From NCBI GenBank assembly GCA_964510065.1, contig CAZEAC010000008.1, positions 9,007-73,006 on the forward strand: 64,000 nucleotides of DNA. The letters run 5' to 3'. A program made the translations under genes and the position numbers. How positions within the stretch are numbered: position 1 is the first letter of the stretch; every line of letters begins with the position of its first letter. The notes under the pieces are model-generated. The model saw nothing but the letters and a program-made list of their open reading frames with translations. It was not told where the DNA came from and did no database searches. Source of the stretch: an uncultured Bdellovibrionales bacterium. Its GTDB lineage: Bacteria; Bdellovibrionota_C; UBA2361; CAIXSY01. Of the stretch, positions 9,226 to 18,830 are shown in pieces.

Positions 9226-10446
9226 TTACGTCGATTGCAATTCCAACGATGCACTCTCGATGATTTTCGAGTAGATGTCGCGAGCTTTGTTTCTAATTAA
9301 CGAAAAGGAGAGCCGCCGCTGCGCGAGTTCGGTATTGATGCGCGCCGCCTCATCAACAAGCTTGTCATCGAAGAGCGCTCGACGAAGTTCTCGCTCAATA
9401 ACCTCCGGATCTTCGGGCGGTACGATTGATCCGTTTCGTCCATTTTCCAACCATTCGTCAGCGCACGCGGTCCCCGATTGAATTGGATATGCCCCCATCA
9501 CCAGCGCCTCAAGCATCGAGGTGCAGACTCCGTCGCTTATCGCCAGGCTCATAGAGATTCTTGCGCTCCCGTGTAAAGAGAGCATATCGGTGTGCGAAAT
9601 CGCCTTCTCAAGAACGGTAATTTTGCAGCCGTTCGACTTTCCAAGTAATTCGGCCGACTCCACAACTCCTGATTCAGGGCACACCGAGTAAATAACAATT
9701 TCGTAGTTTCGAATGAGCTCACCACATCGCTTCAACGCCTGCAACGCAACAAGCGCTCGCCCGGCCCAACCCTGATATCCTTTCACCATGATGATCTTTC
9801 GTGACGACGGCGGATCGCGACGCAACGTTTTGGTTTTGTCGAGGTCAAAACCTCCCGCATTTGGAAAGGGTTCAAACATAACGCCCTTGTAACCAAATTC
9901 GCGCGCGAGCGTGCGATCTCTCGAACATTCACAAGAATAGTAATCTATGTTTGCGAGCAGTTCTCTTACCCGATCCCGGTGTTGAGACAAACGTCCGAAT
10001 AGATATATATCATTACCCCAGTTCGTGCCCAGCCATTTAGGAAATGTACGAGCAGAAAGTTTTTTTGCCTCCAGCGTAAGGTATCCGGCACATTGAAAAT
10101 TCATTGAATGAATAAAAGTCGGATTTAGCTTGTGAACGAGATTTCTGAGCTGAACGATGCGATGTCGAGGCAGTGCGGCCGTCAGCATCTTTCGCATTCG
10201 CCAAGCGACCGTATCACTGAACATGGGTAGTCCTTTGAAATTTACCGAGTGATGCGCGTTTTTTCTGCCCGCGTACAAGGAATGATGGACTGTCACGTTG
10301 CGAATGTCAGGATGCAAACGACCCAAATCTATGCTGGGGAAGAGATGTAATTCATAGTCGTCGTCCGCAACATTTTCAATCCAACGAGCCACATGTACGC
10401 TGTTGGACTGAGCAACCATTAAAATTTTCGGCTTATTTAATTTCAT
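9226..10446 (-). CDS. GT4-family (GT-B) glycosyltransferase
   Basis: 406 aa. The C-terminal motif EALVMGAYPIQS...ENGRNG matches the E-x7-E GT4 signature region. Confidence 0.6.
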   Translation of the reverse strand: MKLNKPKILMVAQSNSVHVARWIENVADDDYELHLFPSIDLGRLHPDIRNVTVHHSLYAGRKNAHHSVNFKGLPMFSDTVAWRMRKMLTAALPRHRIVQLRNLVHKLNPTFIHSMNFQCAGYLTLEAKKLSARTFPKWLGTNWGNDIYLFGRLSQHRDRVRELLANIDYYSCECSRDRTLAREFGYKGVMFEPFPNAGGFDLDKTKTLRRDPPSSRKIIMVKGYQGWAGRALVALQALKRCGELIRNYEIVIYSVCPESGVVESAELLGKSNGCKITVLEKAISHTDMLSLHGSARISMSLAISDGVCTSMLEALVMGAYPIQSGTACADEWLENGRNGSIVPPEDPEVIERELRRALFDDKLVDEAARINTELAQRRLSFSLIRNKARDIYSKIIESASLELQST

Positions 10447-10530
10447 GCCATGGCACCAATCGATATAGCGGCATTCAGCACTTCGCTATACGTATACTCA
10501 AGCGTAACTTTCAAGCCTACTGTCGACTAA

Positions 10531-10956
10531 TTAATAGAGAGGATAGTAATCTTCTCGAGGCTTTGTCGAGATGTTCCCATTTTTTTCGTAACTTGCGTGA
10601 AGCACCTTCAATAAATACCAATGTATTAAGAAAGCTTTCCTCCAGAGCAAAGACGAGGGCAATGAGCCACGCATGCTTGGCTCATTAGAATAGAGCGATT
10701 TATCATCACTCCGCAGCTCGGCGTGTTTCCAGCCGGCTACTCGCTGACAAAATAATTTTTCTGTTCTTGCGCGCGCGAGTATCCAGGCCACTCCTAGTAC
10801 GCCGTAGAATAAAATGAAGATACAAAAAGAGAAAAATTTTCGAATAATCAATCGACACATGACTATCAGCGCGTGCAAGGACTTCGCGCGACCCAATCGC
10901 CGAAATCTTCGTTCCCATGCCTCTCTACTCAAGCCACTCATCCAGTGCGTTCTCAA
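10531..10956 (-). CDS. small hypothetical protein with one TM segment (possibly spurious)
   Basis: 141-aa ORF on the operon strand between the carbamoyltransferase stop (10979) and the GT4 start. The region is comparatively AT-rich, so it may instead be a non-coding spacer. Confidence 0.25.
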   Translation of the reverse strand: MRTHWMSGLSREAWERRFRRLGRAKSLHALIVMCRLIIRKFFSFCIFILFYGVLGVAWILARARTEKLFCQRVAGWKHAELRSDDKSLYSNEPSMRGSLPSSLLWRKAFLIHWYLLKVLHASYEKNGNISTKPREDYYPLY

Positions 10957-10978
10957 TCAATGTCTAGTTCGATGCGCG

Positions 10979-12799
10979 CTAATCCAAAGTGCCTTTCGGG
11001 CGCTTCTGCCCCGACCATCGCGGTTGTTGTTGCTTATCAAGCCAAAAGCCGTCGAGATAAAGATAGTCAATCTCGGTACTCATGAAGCAATCATAGGCTT
11101 GAAATGGTGTGCACACAATTGGTTCACCACGAACATTAAAGGAAGTATTTACAAGCACTGAGTAACCAGTCTGTGCTTTAAAGCTTCGCAACACTCTATG
11201 CAGCAGTTTATGGCTTGCGGCCTGCACCGTTTGGACTCTTGCCGAGTAATCCCAATGAGTAACGGCCGGTATGTCACTTCTTATCTGACTTGCCGCATCA
11301 AGCAGATTCGGAGAGTCACCAGAAAGGGCTCCCTGCGCTTTTCGACGCTTCGTCTGAACCGGAACGACGAACGACATGTAGGGACTTTCCCGATCAAACT
11401 CGAAATACTCATTCACATCTTCGTACAGAACGATTGGCGCAAACGGCCTAAATGACTCCCTTCCCTTGATCTTAAGGTTCATTATTTGCTGAGTGCTTGC
11501 GAGACAGGGGTTGCCCAAAATCGACCGGGCTCCAAGCGCGCGCGGACCGAATTCCATTCGGCCATGAAAAAATCCAACAAACTGACCTCGCGCCAAAACG
11601 GTCGCAATCGTATCGGCCGCCGCATGATCGTCAAGTTCCTCGTATTGCAAATTCCGCCCGTCAAGAAACGTACGGATCTCATCTCGGCGATAAGATGGCC
11701 CCAACAAGGATCCTTGCATTCGATCAAAGCCTTGAATCGGCAAGCGCGGGATACCGCAAACATTGTGGGCAATAGCGTACGCCGCGCCAAGGGCGCTTCC
11801 CGCGTCACCCGCGGCAGGCTGAACAAATATATTCTTAAAAAGTCCCGCCTCGTAAAGCTTCCCATTGGCGACACAATTGAGAGCCACACCACCAGCAAGA
11901 CAGAGATTATCCAGCTGAGTCGCGTGCTTCACTGCTTGAGCCATCGCAAGTACGGCCATCTCTGTAAATTTTTGAATCGATGCGGCAAGATCGAGTTCTC
12001 TCGTGGTAATTTGAGATTCAGGCTGACGGGCAGGACCACCAAAAAGTCGCGCGAACTTCTCTTCGATCAATTGAGGCCGATAGTGAAACGAAAAATAATC
12101 TAAATTGAGCCGAACCGCGCCATCAAAATCTATCGATGCAACGTTATCGACGATCGCCTTCAAGAATCGCGGATTTCCATAGGGCGCGAGCCCCATGAGT
12201 TTATACTCACCGAAGTTAACCTTAAAACCGCAAAAATACGTAAATGCCGAATAGAGCAATCCTAGCGAATCCGGAAATAGCAGCTCCTTGATAATTGATA
12301 TATTTTCTTTCGTGCCGACCGCTTGAGCCGCCGATGACCATTCTCCCACACCGTCAATACTCAAAATTCCGGCACTGTCGAAACGCGATGGATAGTATGC
12401 CGCGGCCGCGTGCGCGAGGTGGTGAGGAGTAAAATATATTGGTCCTGAATATGTCTGAAGCGAGCTGCGTATAATTTCCTCGACAAATCGTTTCGTGGTC
12501 GACCACTCTGCCAAAACCGAACTGTAGAGCGACCAGCTCTTCGGCCAGTGCGCGATTACCGATTGCAACAGACGATCAAGAGTTCGCTGTGGTTTGTCAT
12601 AGTAGGCCACACAAGACAAATTTTCCGGAGTAATGTCGGCACTTTCCAAGCAGTACGTGATCGCGTTCATCGGGAAACTTGCATCGCCCTTAATTCTCGT
12701 GAATCGCTCCTCCTGCGCCGCGGCGACAATGTTTCCATCGCGAAGCAACGCCGCCGCTGAATCGTGATAAAATGCGGAGATTCCCAATACGAAAGTCAT
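10979..12799 (-). CDS. NodU/CmcH-family O-carbamoyltransferase
   Basis: The N-terminus MTFVLGISAFYHDSAAAL and HHLAHAAAAYY are diagnostic of carbamoyltransferases. The start was chosen at the internal Met that forms an ATGA overlap with the upstream SGNH gene stop (12796); the maximal ORF extends to 12862. Confidence 0.8.
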   Translation of the reverse strand: MTFVLGISAFYHDSAAALLRDGNIVAAAQEERFTRIKGDASFPMNAITYCLESADITPENLSCVAYYDKPQRTLDRLLQSVIAHWPKSWSLYSSVLAEWSTTKRFVEEIIRSSLQTYSGPIYFTPHHLAHAAAAYYPSRFDSAGILSIDGVGEWSSAAQAVGTKENISIIKELLFPDSLGLLYSAFTYFCGFKVNFGEYKLMGLAPYGNPRFLKAIVDNVASIDFDGAVRLNLDYFSFHYRPQLIEEKFARLFGGPARQPESQITTRELDLAASIQKFTEMAVLAMAQAVKHATQLDNLCLAGGVALNCVANGKLYEAGLFKNIFVQPAAGDAGSALGAAYAIAHNVCGIPRLPIQGFDRMQGSLLGPSYRRDEIRTFLDGRNLQYEELDDHAAADTIATVLARGQFVGFFHGRMEFGPRALGARSILGNPCLASTQQIMNLKIKGRESFRPFAPIVLYEDVNEYFEFDRESPYMSFVVPVQTKRRKAQGALSGDSPNLLDAASQIRSDIPAVTHWDYSARVQTVQAASHKLLHRVLRSFKAQTGYSVLVNTSFNVRGEPIVCTPFQAYDCFMSTEIDYLYLDGFWLDKQQQPRWSGQKRPKGTLD

Positions 12800-13797
12800 G
12801 GCGATTTTCCACGCGGATGATTGAGAAAAGAACAGTGCAACAAAAGCTGCTGGTGAAGCCATTCCGCCAGAAACGCGTGAGCATGCACGGTAAAATGGGG
12901 ATCGTCTTCAAAACGAAACTGCCGTCGATCGCCCATTCGCACACGACGCATGGCCGTTAGAGGGTCAGCGACAAAGATCCCTGGTCTGGCCTCAGTTAAT
13001 TTTTGAAAGGCCTTCTCATAACGCGCGCTTCCGTCTTCCAGGTAGTGATGAGGCAACGGCAACGGCATTACAATGAACGGCAGATCAGCATCGCATCGAA
13101 ACGCACGCGCCATAAGCGCACTCATAAGCTTCCAAGGAAGTCCATCCAGGCGGTCATACAATGAGTCAATCGAACAATTCGCGAAGCTGTTATAGTGCGA
13201 CTCAAGGCGGCACGATTCCCCTCCGGCATGCTCAACTGATTCTCGCGGGACCGGATTGTTTCGCAGGATTAACTCGCCGCTTTCCGACGGCACGAAAACC
13301 GGTTTGGGCCGCAACATCATTCGATGTTCAGCATAGTCCCAGCTTGGACGATGCGTGCACAAATTCCTATAGATATTTTCTACACAGACTCCCCATATAA
13401 CGAGATCCGGCCGATAACGCATGGCGAACTGCTCGAAAATAAGCGCCTGCTGATCCGTTCCGCTCGCATTGAGCCCGAAGTTCATTATCTCGCAGGTCGG
13501 CAAACGCACCTGTAGAAGATCGCTAAATCGCGAGCCGTTATCGACGCCGTCGCCGGCGCTGTAAGAATCTCCTAGCACCACAATGCGCCAGCCTTTAGAA
13601 GGGGCCAGATCAAAATCTCTTTCTTCGCGAATTCCCTCAGAATTCGTGACAAAGCGATGATACGTATTTCCAAGACAAAGCCGAGCCCTATAGTTCGGCA
13701 ATGCCCACCAGCCTATTTCAGGATGATAGGTAAATGGCTGTCGCCGATAATCAGTCTTATAAACTTGAAATGAAGCGCGAGTACGAAACATGGTCAA
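12796..13797 (-). CDS. SGNH/GDSL hydrolase (canonical GDS block)
   Basis: 333 aa with VLGDSYSAGDG as the block I motif. It is translationally coupled to the downstream carbamoyltransferase. Confidence 0.6.
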   Translation of the reverse strand: MTMFRTRASFQVYKTDYRRQPFTYHPEIGWWALPNYRARLCLGNTYHRFVTNSEGIREERDFDLAPSKGWRIVVLGDSYSAGDGVDNGSRFSDLLQVRLPTCEIMNFGLNASGTDQQALIFEQFAMRYRPDLVIWGVCVENIYRNLCTHRPSWDYAEHRMMLRPKPVFVPSESGELILRNNPVPRESVEHAGGESCRLESHYNSFANCSIDSLYDRLDGLPWKLMSALMARAFRCDADLPFIVMPLPLPHHYLEDGSARYEKAFQKLTEARPGIFVADPLTAMRRVRMGDRRQFRFEDDPHFTVHAHAFLAEWLHQQLLLHCSFLNHPRGKSP

Positions 13798-14007
13798 ATT
13801 TTAACTCGGTCACTAATGTGACGGAGAAAGCAAAATCATAATATCTTCCAAGGTATCTAGGCTACAGCTCCAAGATACATTAAAAAAGGGATGACTTAAA
13901 CGCTAGACAAAGTATCGAACCACTAAGATGATAGCGTGGATGCGCGCGACAGCTCTCTATCGGAAATAACCGCGCGCGGAGCTTAATGCTTCCTATTGAA
14001 AGCTGTT

Positions 14008-15213
14008 ATGAAGGGGAGTTTTTTTCACGATCCGGTCCCGCATGCGCCGCGAATCCTGTTTATCGCGAACGCCGCCAGCACGCATACTCACGGTTGGATC
14101 GATCTGCTTGAAAGCCTGCCTTTCAATGTTCGACTATTCGCGTTGCCACAAGGCGTCCCGCCCTCTACTTGGCCGGTGAAGACTTATGTCACGGCGTCAG
14201 CGGATGTTTCAGATTCGTTGTCGCGCTGGAATTGGCGGCGGAGTCCCGGCTTTCGATTGAGAAAGCATATCGATCCTCGTTTCGAAATTAGCCGTGAGCT
14301 GAAGCGACTGCTGCGCGCGCAGATATTGTCATGGAAGCCACAGATAGTTCACACGCTCGGGCTGGAGCCGGCTTCGTTTCTCTTCGATGATCTCGTCACG
14401 ACACTGAGAATGAAGGTCAATTTCCGCTGGATCGTCACCGTTCGAGGCGGTCCGGAACTCAGCCTCGGCCGGCTCGATGCAAATTTGCTGCCGCGAATTA
14501 CCTCGGTTTTTAGGAGCTGCGATTACCTGGTCGCCGACAATCAAAGCAATTACAGGTATGCCATGGAACTTGGCCTGTCTTCGCGCAAAGTTTCAACGTT
14601 AGCTGCGATACCGGGGGGCGGCGGTGTCGACGTGGAAACGTTAAGAAGCCTTAGAAAATCCGCACCATCACAACAGAGATCAATTGTGTGGCCAAAGGCC
14701 TACGATTGTCCCGCGTCAAAGGCAATGCCTGTGATTGAAGCCATTGAAAAGGTTCATACTCAAATTCAACCATTTCAGCTGATAATGACCGCGCTCACGT
14801 CTGAGATTAGGCAACATTGTCAATCTCTCGCGAAATCGCTCCAACAAAAATTGGAGCTTCATGATCGTATTCCTCGCGAGGATTTGTTGAAAAGGCTTGG
14901 TAATGCTCGTGTATGCCTGTTGCCGTCACTCCACGACGGCATTCCGAATACGCTTTTCGAAGCTATGGCGACGGGCGCATTTCCGATCGTATCGCCAATT
15001 GAAACTATTGTTCCGATTGTTTCAGCACCACGCAACGTGCTTTTCGCGCAAAATCTCAGTGTCGATGAAATTGCGGAAGCGATAAAAGCCGCGATGCGCG
15101 ATGATCACATGGTCGATCAGGCCGCCCAACATAATTTAGAACTTGTCTCGTCACTCGCCGATAGAAAGCGTCTTCGCGACAGCGTTACCAAGTTTTATCG
15201 AGAATTACTCTAG
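14008..15213 (+). CDS. GT4-like glycosyltransferase, paralog of 52374-53657
   Basis: The C-terminal LPSLHDGIPNTLFEAMATGAFPIVSP is a GT4 motif. The N-terminal THTHGWIDLLESLPFNVRLFALPQGVPP is shared with the paralog (THTHGWINLLSESRFNVRLFGVPGGVPP). ATG 14008 was chosen by alignment with the paralog; the track start is TTG 13996. Confidence 0.65.
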   Translation: MKGSFFHDPVPHAPRILFIANAASTHTHGWIDLLESLPFNVRLFALPQGVPPSTWPVKTYVTASADVSDSLSRWNWRRSPGFRLRKHIDPRFEISRELKRLLRAQILSWKPQIVHTLGLEPASFLFDDLVTTLRMKVNFRWIVTVRGGPELSLGRLDANLLPRITSVFRSCDYLVADNQSNYRYAMELGLSSRKVSTLAAIPGGGGVDVETLRSLRKSAPSQQRSIVWPKAYDCPASKAMPVIEAIEKVHTQIQPFQLIMTALTSEIRQHCQSLAKSLQQKLELHDRIPREDLLKRLGNARVCLLPSLHDGIPNTLFEAMATGAFPIVSPIETIVPIVSAPRNVLFAQNLSVDEIAEAIKAAMRDDHMVDQAAQHNLELVSSLADRKRLRDSVTKFYRELL

Positions 15214-15284
15214 TCACGCACCTTGCAAGAGTCACAAAGACCTGGATTTCTTGATAGAGACTAATACGATACACTGACCATCAC

Positions 15285-16505
15285 GTGAATAGTCTCCTGC
15301 GGAAAAATAGCTCGTCTGTGCTCGTGAGCGTAGTGATGTTTGGCGCGCTATTTTTCGCACTGTGTGCGATAATCCCCCCTACATTCGGTGCATTTGAGAG
15401 ATTTTCCCAAGCGTCGTACTGGTCGGCCGCGAAAATTTTCGTAACAGGCGGCAATCCCTATGATCCAAAGCAACTTTTTGACGTTTTTTATCAGGCGAAC
15501 GGCAATAATGTTCAATTAGAATTAGTGTGGGGACTACCTCCAATCTTCAGTCTGATATCGCTCTATTCTCATTTCACCTTCGAGCAGTTCTTGATAGTGC
15601 AGTCAAAAATTTCAATTGTTTTCTTTATACTATCGATCGCGGCACTCCATTTTACTTTTCGATCGCGAAACGAAGCTGAGTTTTCAAAATACGCGACACT
15701 GCTGGTCGCGCTCCAATGTATTTTCATTGCTAGTTTTTATCCGTTCTATTTGGCGCTATTGGTTAATCCCGTCGCGGCGATGCTTCTGTTTTCGCTGTCT
15801 CTCTTTTTCTTCATTCTGAAGAAATTTCCCGAGGGGTTCTTCCGGTACTTTTTCGCCGGCGCCGCACTCTCGATTTCCGCGGTAAAACCGCAGGCACTGT
15901 ACCTTCTTTATGTTCTGGTATTGTACGGAGCACTGCTTAGTCGCACACGTCGAATCATCGCCTTTGGACTTATCACCGGCCTTATAATCATTTCGCTGAT
16001 TCCGTTGCACCGAAATGGGATGCTCTACCAGCAATACAGAGACGCCTTACCGACGTTTCCTTTGAATTATTTTACACCGACAATAGGCTCTTGGCTTCGC
16101 GCGCTCCTGTTTCCGTCATGGAATTTCATACTATTCGCGGTTCCTATGATTAGCAGCATTGCCGCGGCGGCATTCCTCTCGCGAAGACATTCCCAAGGGT
16201 CAGCAATATCCTTTGATCCAATCATTATCCCTCTTAGCATGGCGACCACGGCATACATTTGGACTAGTGACTGGATCGTCATTCTTCCGGCCGCCCTATG
16301 GTGTTTTGCGGCGCTGCGCAAGCTTGATTGTTCTGAAACAAGAGTTCGTGTGCGCGCGCTCATTCTCGCCAGCGCGCTTGCACTGTGTAATATTTTTCTG
16401 TTTATGGGACCTACCGATTTTCGCTACACAATCTGGTACCCCTTTGCAATAAGCGTCTGCATGCTGTACGCCAAGTATTTGCTGAGGTCTTCGAATGTAT
16501 CGTAA
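15285..16505 (+). CDS. DUF2029/GT87-family membrane glycosyltransferase (GT-C)
   Basis: 406 aa and polytopic. The first-loop motif YWSAAKIFVTGGNPYDP parallels YYSASKVVTSGENPY in 6929-8101. The start is GTG, and an ATG at 15336 is an alternative. Confidence 0.55.
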   Translation: MNSLLRKNSSSVLVSVVMFGALFFALCAIIPPTFGAFERFSQASYWSAAKIFVTGGNPYDPKQLFDVFYQANGNNVQLELVWGLPPIFSLISLYSHFTFEQFLIVQSKISIVFFILSIAALHFTFRSRNEAEFSKYATLLVALQCIFIASFYPFYLALLVNPVAAMLLFSLSLFFFILKKFPEGFFRYFFAGAALSISAVKPQALYLLYVLVLYGALLSRTRRIIAFGLITGLIIISLIPLHRNGMLYQQYRDALPTFPLNYFTPTIGSWLRALLFPSWNFILFAVPMISSIAAAAFLSRRHSQGSAISFDPIIIPLSMATTAYIWTSDWIVILPAALWCFAALRKLDCSETRVRVRALILASALALCNIFLFMGPTDFRYTIWYPFAISVCMLYAKYLLRSSNVS

Positions 16506-17634
16506 CTGTTTTATCTTAGTGCTCTTTTGTATTGCGAGCATCGGACTGTCGGCGTTATTTATTCGCGAGAGAATTCCCGAAGCACTTGACGGTCGATCGC
16601 CGGCCGATTTCCCGAACTATTATTTTGCCGGCAAAAGATTCTTTGAGGGCCGTCCGATCTATGGAGATCTTTCAATCGAGGTAGCTGAAACGCTCGGTTG
16701 GCAGTATCACACCTACCCGGCGGATCCGCCTTCTGCCCTGCTTCTGCTGAGCCCTCTATCATTGACCGAGTATCATCTCGCGTGGTGGATTCTGTTTTGC
16801 GCGTCTATTCTTTGCATGGGTACCGCAATTTTGCTTATGGCTCGAGAGCTCAGCTTTTCATGGCCGATCACGCTCGTGTGCATTACTCTCTCTCTAGGTT
16901 CAACTCCATTTCTCTTTATGCTGTATCGAAATCACTATGAGGCGCTGATTGTGCTGCTTGCGGTGTGCGGTTGGCGCTCTTTACAGAGAGGTCGCGACAT
17001 TAGTGCCGGAATATTTTGGGGAAGCGCGGCGGCATTAAAATTATTTCCGCTGCTCTGGATCCTCATGTTGTTGATCGGCCGACGTTGGCGGGCATTCAGT
17101 GTATCATTAACAAGTTTTATTGTGCTCGTTGCCATCAGTACGCTAATTGTGGGGCGCGAGAACTCCACTCAATTTATTACCGAAGTAATTCCGGCAAGCA
17201 CTCAGTGGATGGCGACGGCGGGTAATTACTCCCTTCTTTCGGTGTCATGGGCGCTATGTGGCAAACAGCTCGCCTATCTTGTCGTTGTGGCCGGAGCCGC
17301 TCTTCTGTTTATTCGCTGGCGCCGAGCGGCACATTCAGTCAATTCCCATTTCGCTACCGCATTAAGCGCGTCTCTCATTTTCTCGCCTCTTTGCTGGTTC
17401 AACTATCTAGTGCTTATGCATCCGGTGATTCTACTGCATGCCCGATCTATGATAAACGACTCAAAGACTACTCAATATCTCTTTTTGCTTCTCACGCTGC
17501 CATTTTGGATTTTTCCCGAAGCGATCAACTTCGGCGGCTATTGGACGACCGTGATCGTATCATCATTACCGCTTTTCGCGATGATTCTGTGGTCATTACT
17601 TAGCACTGGTAATCTCGCAAGGCACGGTCAGTAG
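16495..17634 (+). CDS. DUF2029/GT87-family membrane glycosyltransferase (GT-C)
   Basis: 379 aa. The motifs DFPNYYFAGKRFFEGRPIY and RGRDISAGIFWGSAAALKLFP are present. GAGGT lies 6 nt upstream of the ATG. The gene overlaps the previous gene by 11 bp. Confidence 0.6.
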   Translation: MYRNCFILVLFCIASIGLSALFIRERIPEALDGRSPADFPNYYFAGKRFFEGRPIYGDLSIEVAETLGWQYHTYPADPPSALLLLSPLSLTEYHLAWWILFCASILCMGTAILLMARELSFSWPITLVCITLSLGSTPFLFMLYRNHYEALIVLLAVCGWRSLQRGRDISAGIFWGSAAALKLFPLLWILMLLIGRRWRAFSVSLTSFIVLVAISTLIVGRENSTQFITEVIPASTQWMATAGNYSLLSVSWALCGKQLAYLVVVAGAALLFIRWRRAAHSVNSHFATALSASLIFSPLCWFNYLVLMHPVILLHARSMINDSKTTQYLFLLLTLPFWIFPEAINFGGYWTTVIVSSLPLFAMILWSLLSTGNLARHGQ

Positions 17635-17647
17635 CAGTGTACCTCTC

Positions 17648-18778
17648 ATGAATTATGTCGCCTCCGAAAGAGCACCGCAACGAAACAGAGCGCTTGATGT
17701 GCTTCGAGCAATTGCGATACTGCTTGTTCTTGGAAGACATGTGCTTGTCATTCCGGAAAGCCTGCCAGGTGGCGTAAAAACCTTCTTTACCTATTGGCAA
17801 ACGATAGGCTGGATCGGCGTCGATCTTTTCTTTGTGCTAAGCGGTTATCTGGTGTCGGGCCTTCTCTTCAGCGAATTTAAGCGCGCCGGACAGGTTAACA
17901 TTACACGATTCTTAATTCGGCGAGGTTTCAAGATTTATCCACCGTTCTATCTCTTTACCGCCCTATCCTTTTTAGGCGCATACTTACATTCATTTCCGTT
18001 ACCATGTAAGCGCCAAGAGTTCCTTGGAGAGCTCCTTTTTCTTCAAAACTACCTCGCGGGATATTGGAACCATACCTGGAGCCTAGCGGTTGAAGAGCAC
18101 TTCTACTTACTGCTTGCATTACTTGTGTTTGTCGTCCTGCGCACCCGCCAAGGAGCGAACAATCCATTTTCCTTCATCCCGTCGTTTACCGTGTTTGCGT
18201 TGATAGCGATTCTTTGCCTGCGCGCCATGACCACATACTCATTCGCACCTGAGCAGATCGACGGTACATTAATATTGAGCCACCTACGTATGGACTCTTT
18301 ACTTTTTGGAGTGCTGTTATCGTATCTACAGCACTTTAAAAAGGATGTTCTCGGTGAAATTTCCTCGCGCTATCGCGAAGGATTAGTCGTCATGGTATTC
18401 CTCGCGGTAATGGTTCCTTCGATTGCACCAATCCTAGAAAGTCGACCAATGCAGATATTCGGGTTATCGTTGCTCATGCTTGGTTTCGGTGCTTTGCTGC
18501 TTATCACGATTTCGGCACGCTCAAGTCCAGCGCCGATCGTGAGCGCACTCCTCACTCCCCTCGCCTACATAGGTCGGCAATCATACTCTATATACCTATG
18601 GCATATGATGATATATTACCTCTCTTTGAAGATCTTTCCCGTGCAGTCTGGTTCGGCTGAGTTATTTTACCTTCAGGTAAGCTGGTACTTCGTCGGAAGC
18701 ATTGCCGGAGGAGCGCTCATGGCGCTTCTCATAGAAACTCCGAGTTTGCGTATACGAAATAGATTTTTTCCAACGTGA
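17648..18778 (+). CDS. acyltransferase family 3 (OafA/OatA-like membrane O-acyltransferase, AT3 domain only)
   Basis: LDVLRAIAILLVLGRH and GVDLFFVLSGYLVSG are AT3 signature blocks. The protein is 376 aa with about 10 TM segments and has no fused SGNH domain. Confidence 0.75.
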   Translation: MNYVASERAPQRNRALDVLRAIAILLVLGRHVLVIPESLPGGVKTFFTYWQTIGWIGVDLFFVLSGYLVSGLLFSEFKRAGQVNITRFLIRRGFKIYPPFYLFTALSFLGAYLHSFPLPCKRQEFLGELLFLQNYLAGYWNHTWSLAVEEHFYLLLALLVFVVLRTRQGANNPFSFIPSFTVFALIAILCLRAMTTYSFAPEQIDGTLILSHLRMDSLLFGVLLSYLQHFKKDVLGEISSRYREGLVVMVFLAVMVPSIAPILESRPMQIFGLSLLMLGFGALLLITISARSSPAPIVSALLTPLAYIGRQSYSIYLWHMMIYYLSLKIFPVQSGSAELFYLQVSWYFVGSIAGGALMALLIETPSLRIRNRFFPT

Positions 18779-18830
18779 CTGACGTTCCCAGAGCTACTGC
18801 AATGTCGCAACACTTTCAATTGAAGCAACA

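Noticed and set aside
11486-12103. 205-aa plus-strand ORF
   Set aside because: It is entirely antisense within the carbamoyltransferase gene and its translation is basic and low-complexity. It is a shadow ORF.
13809-13824. Short palindrome GTCAC-TAAT-GTGAC at the start of the divergent intergenic region
   Set aside because: With only 5-bp arms, a chance occurrence is plausible. It is noted as a possible operator but is too weak to report as a feature.
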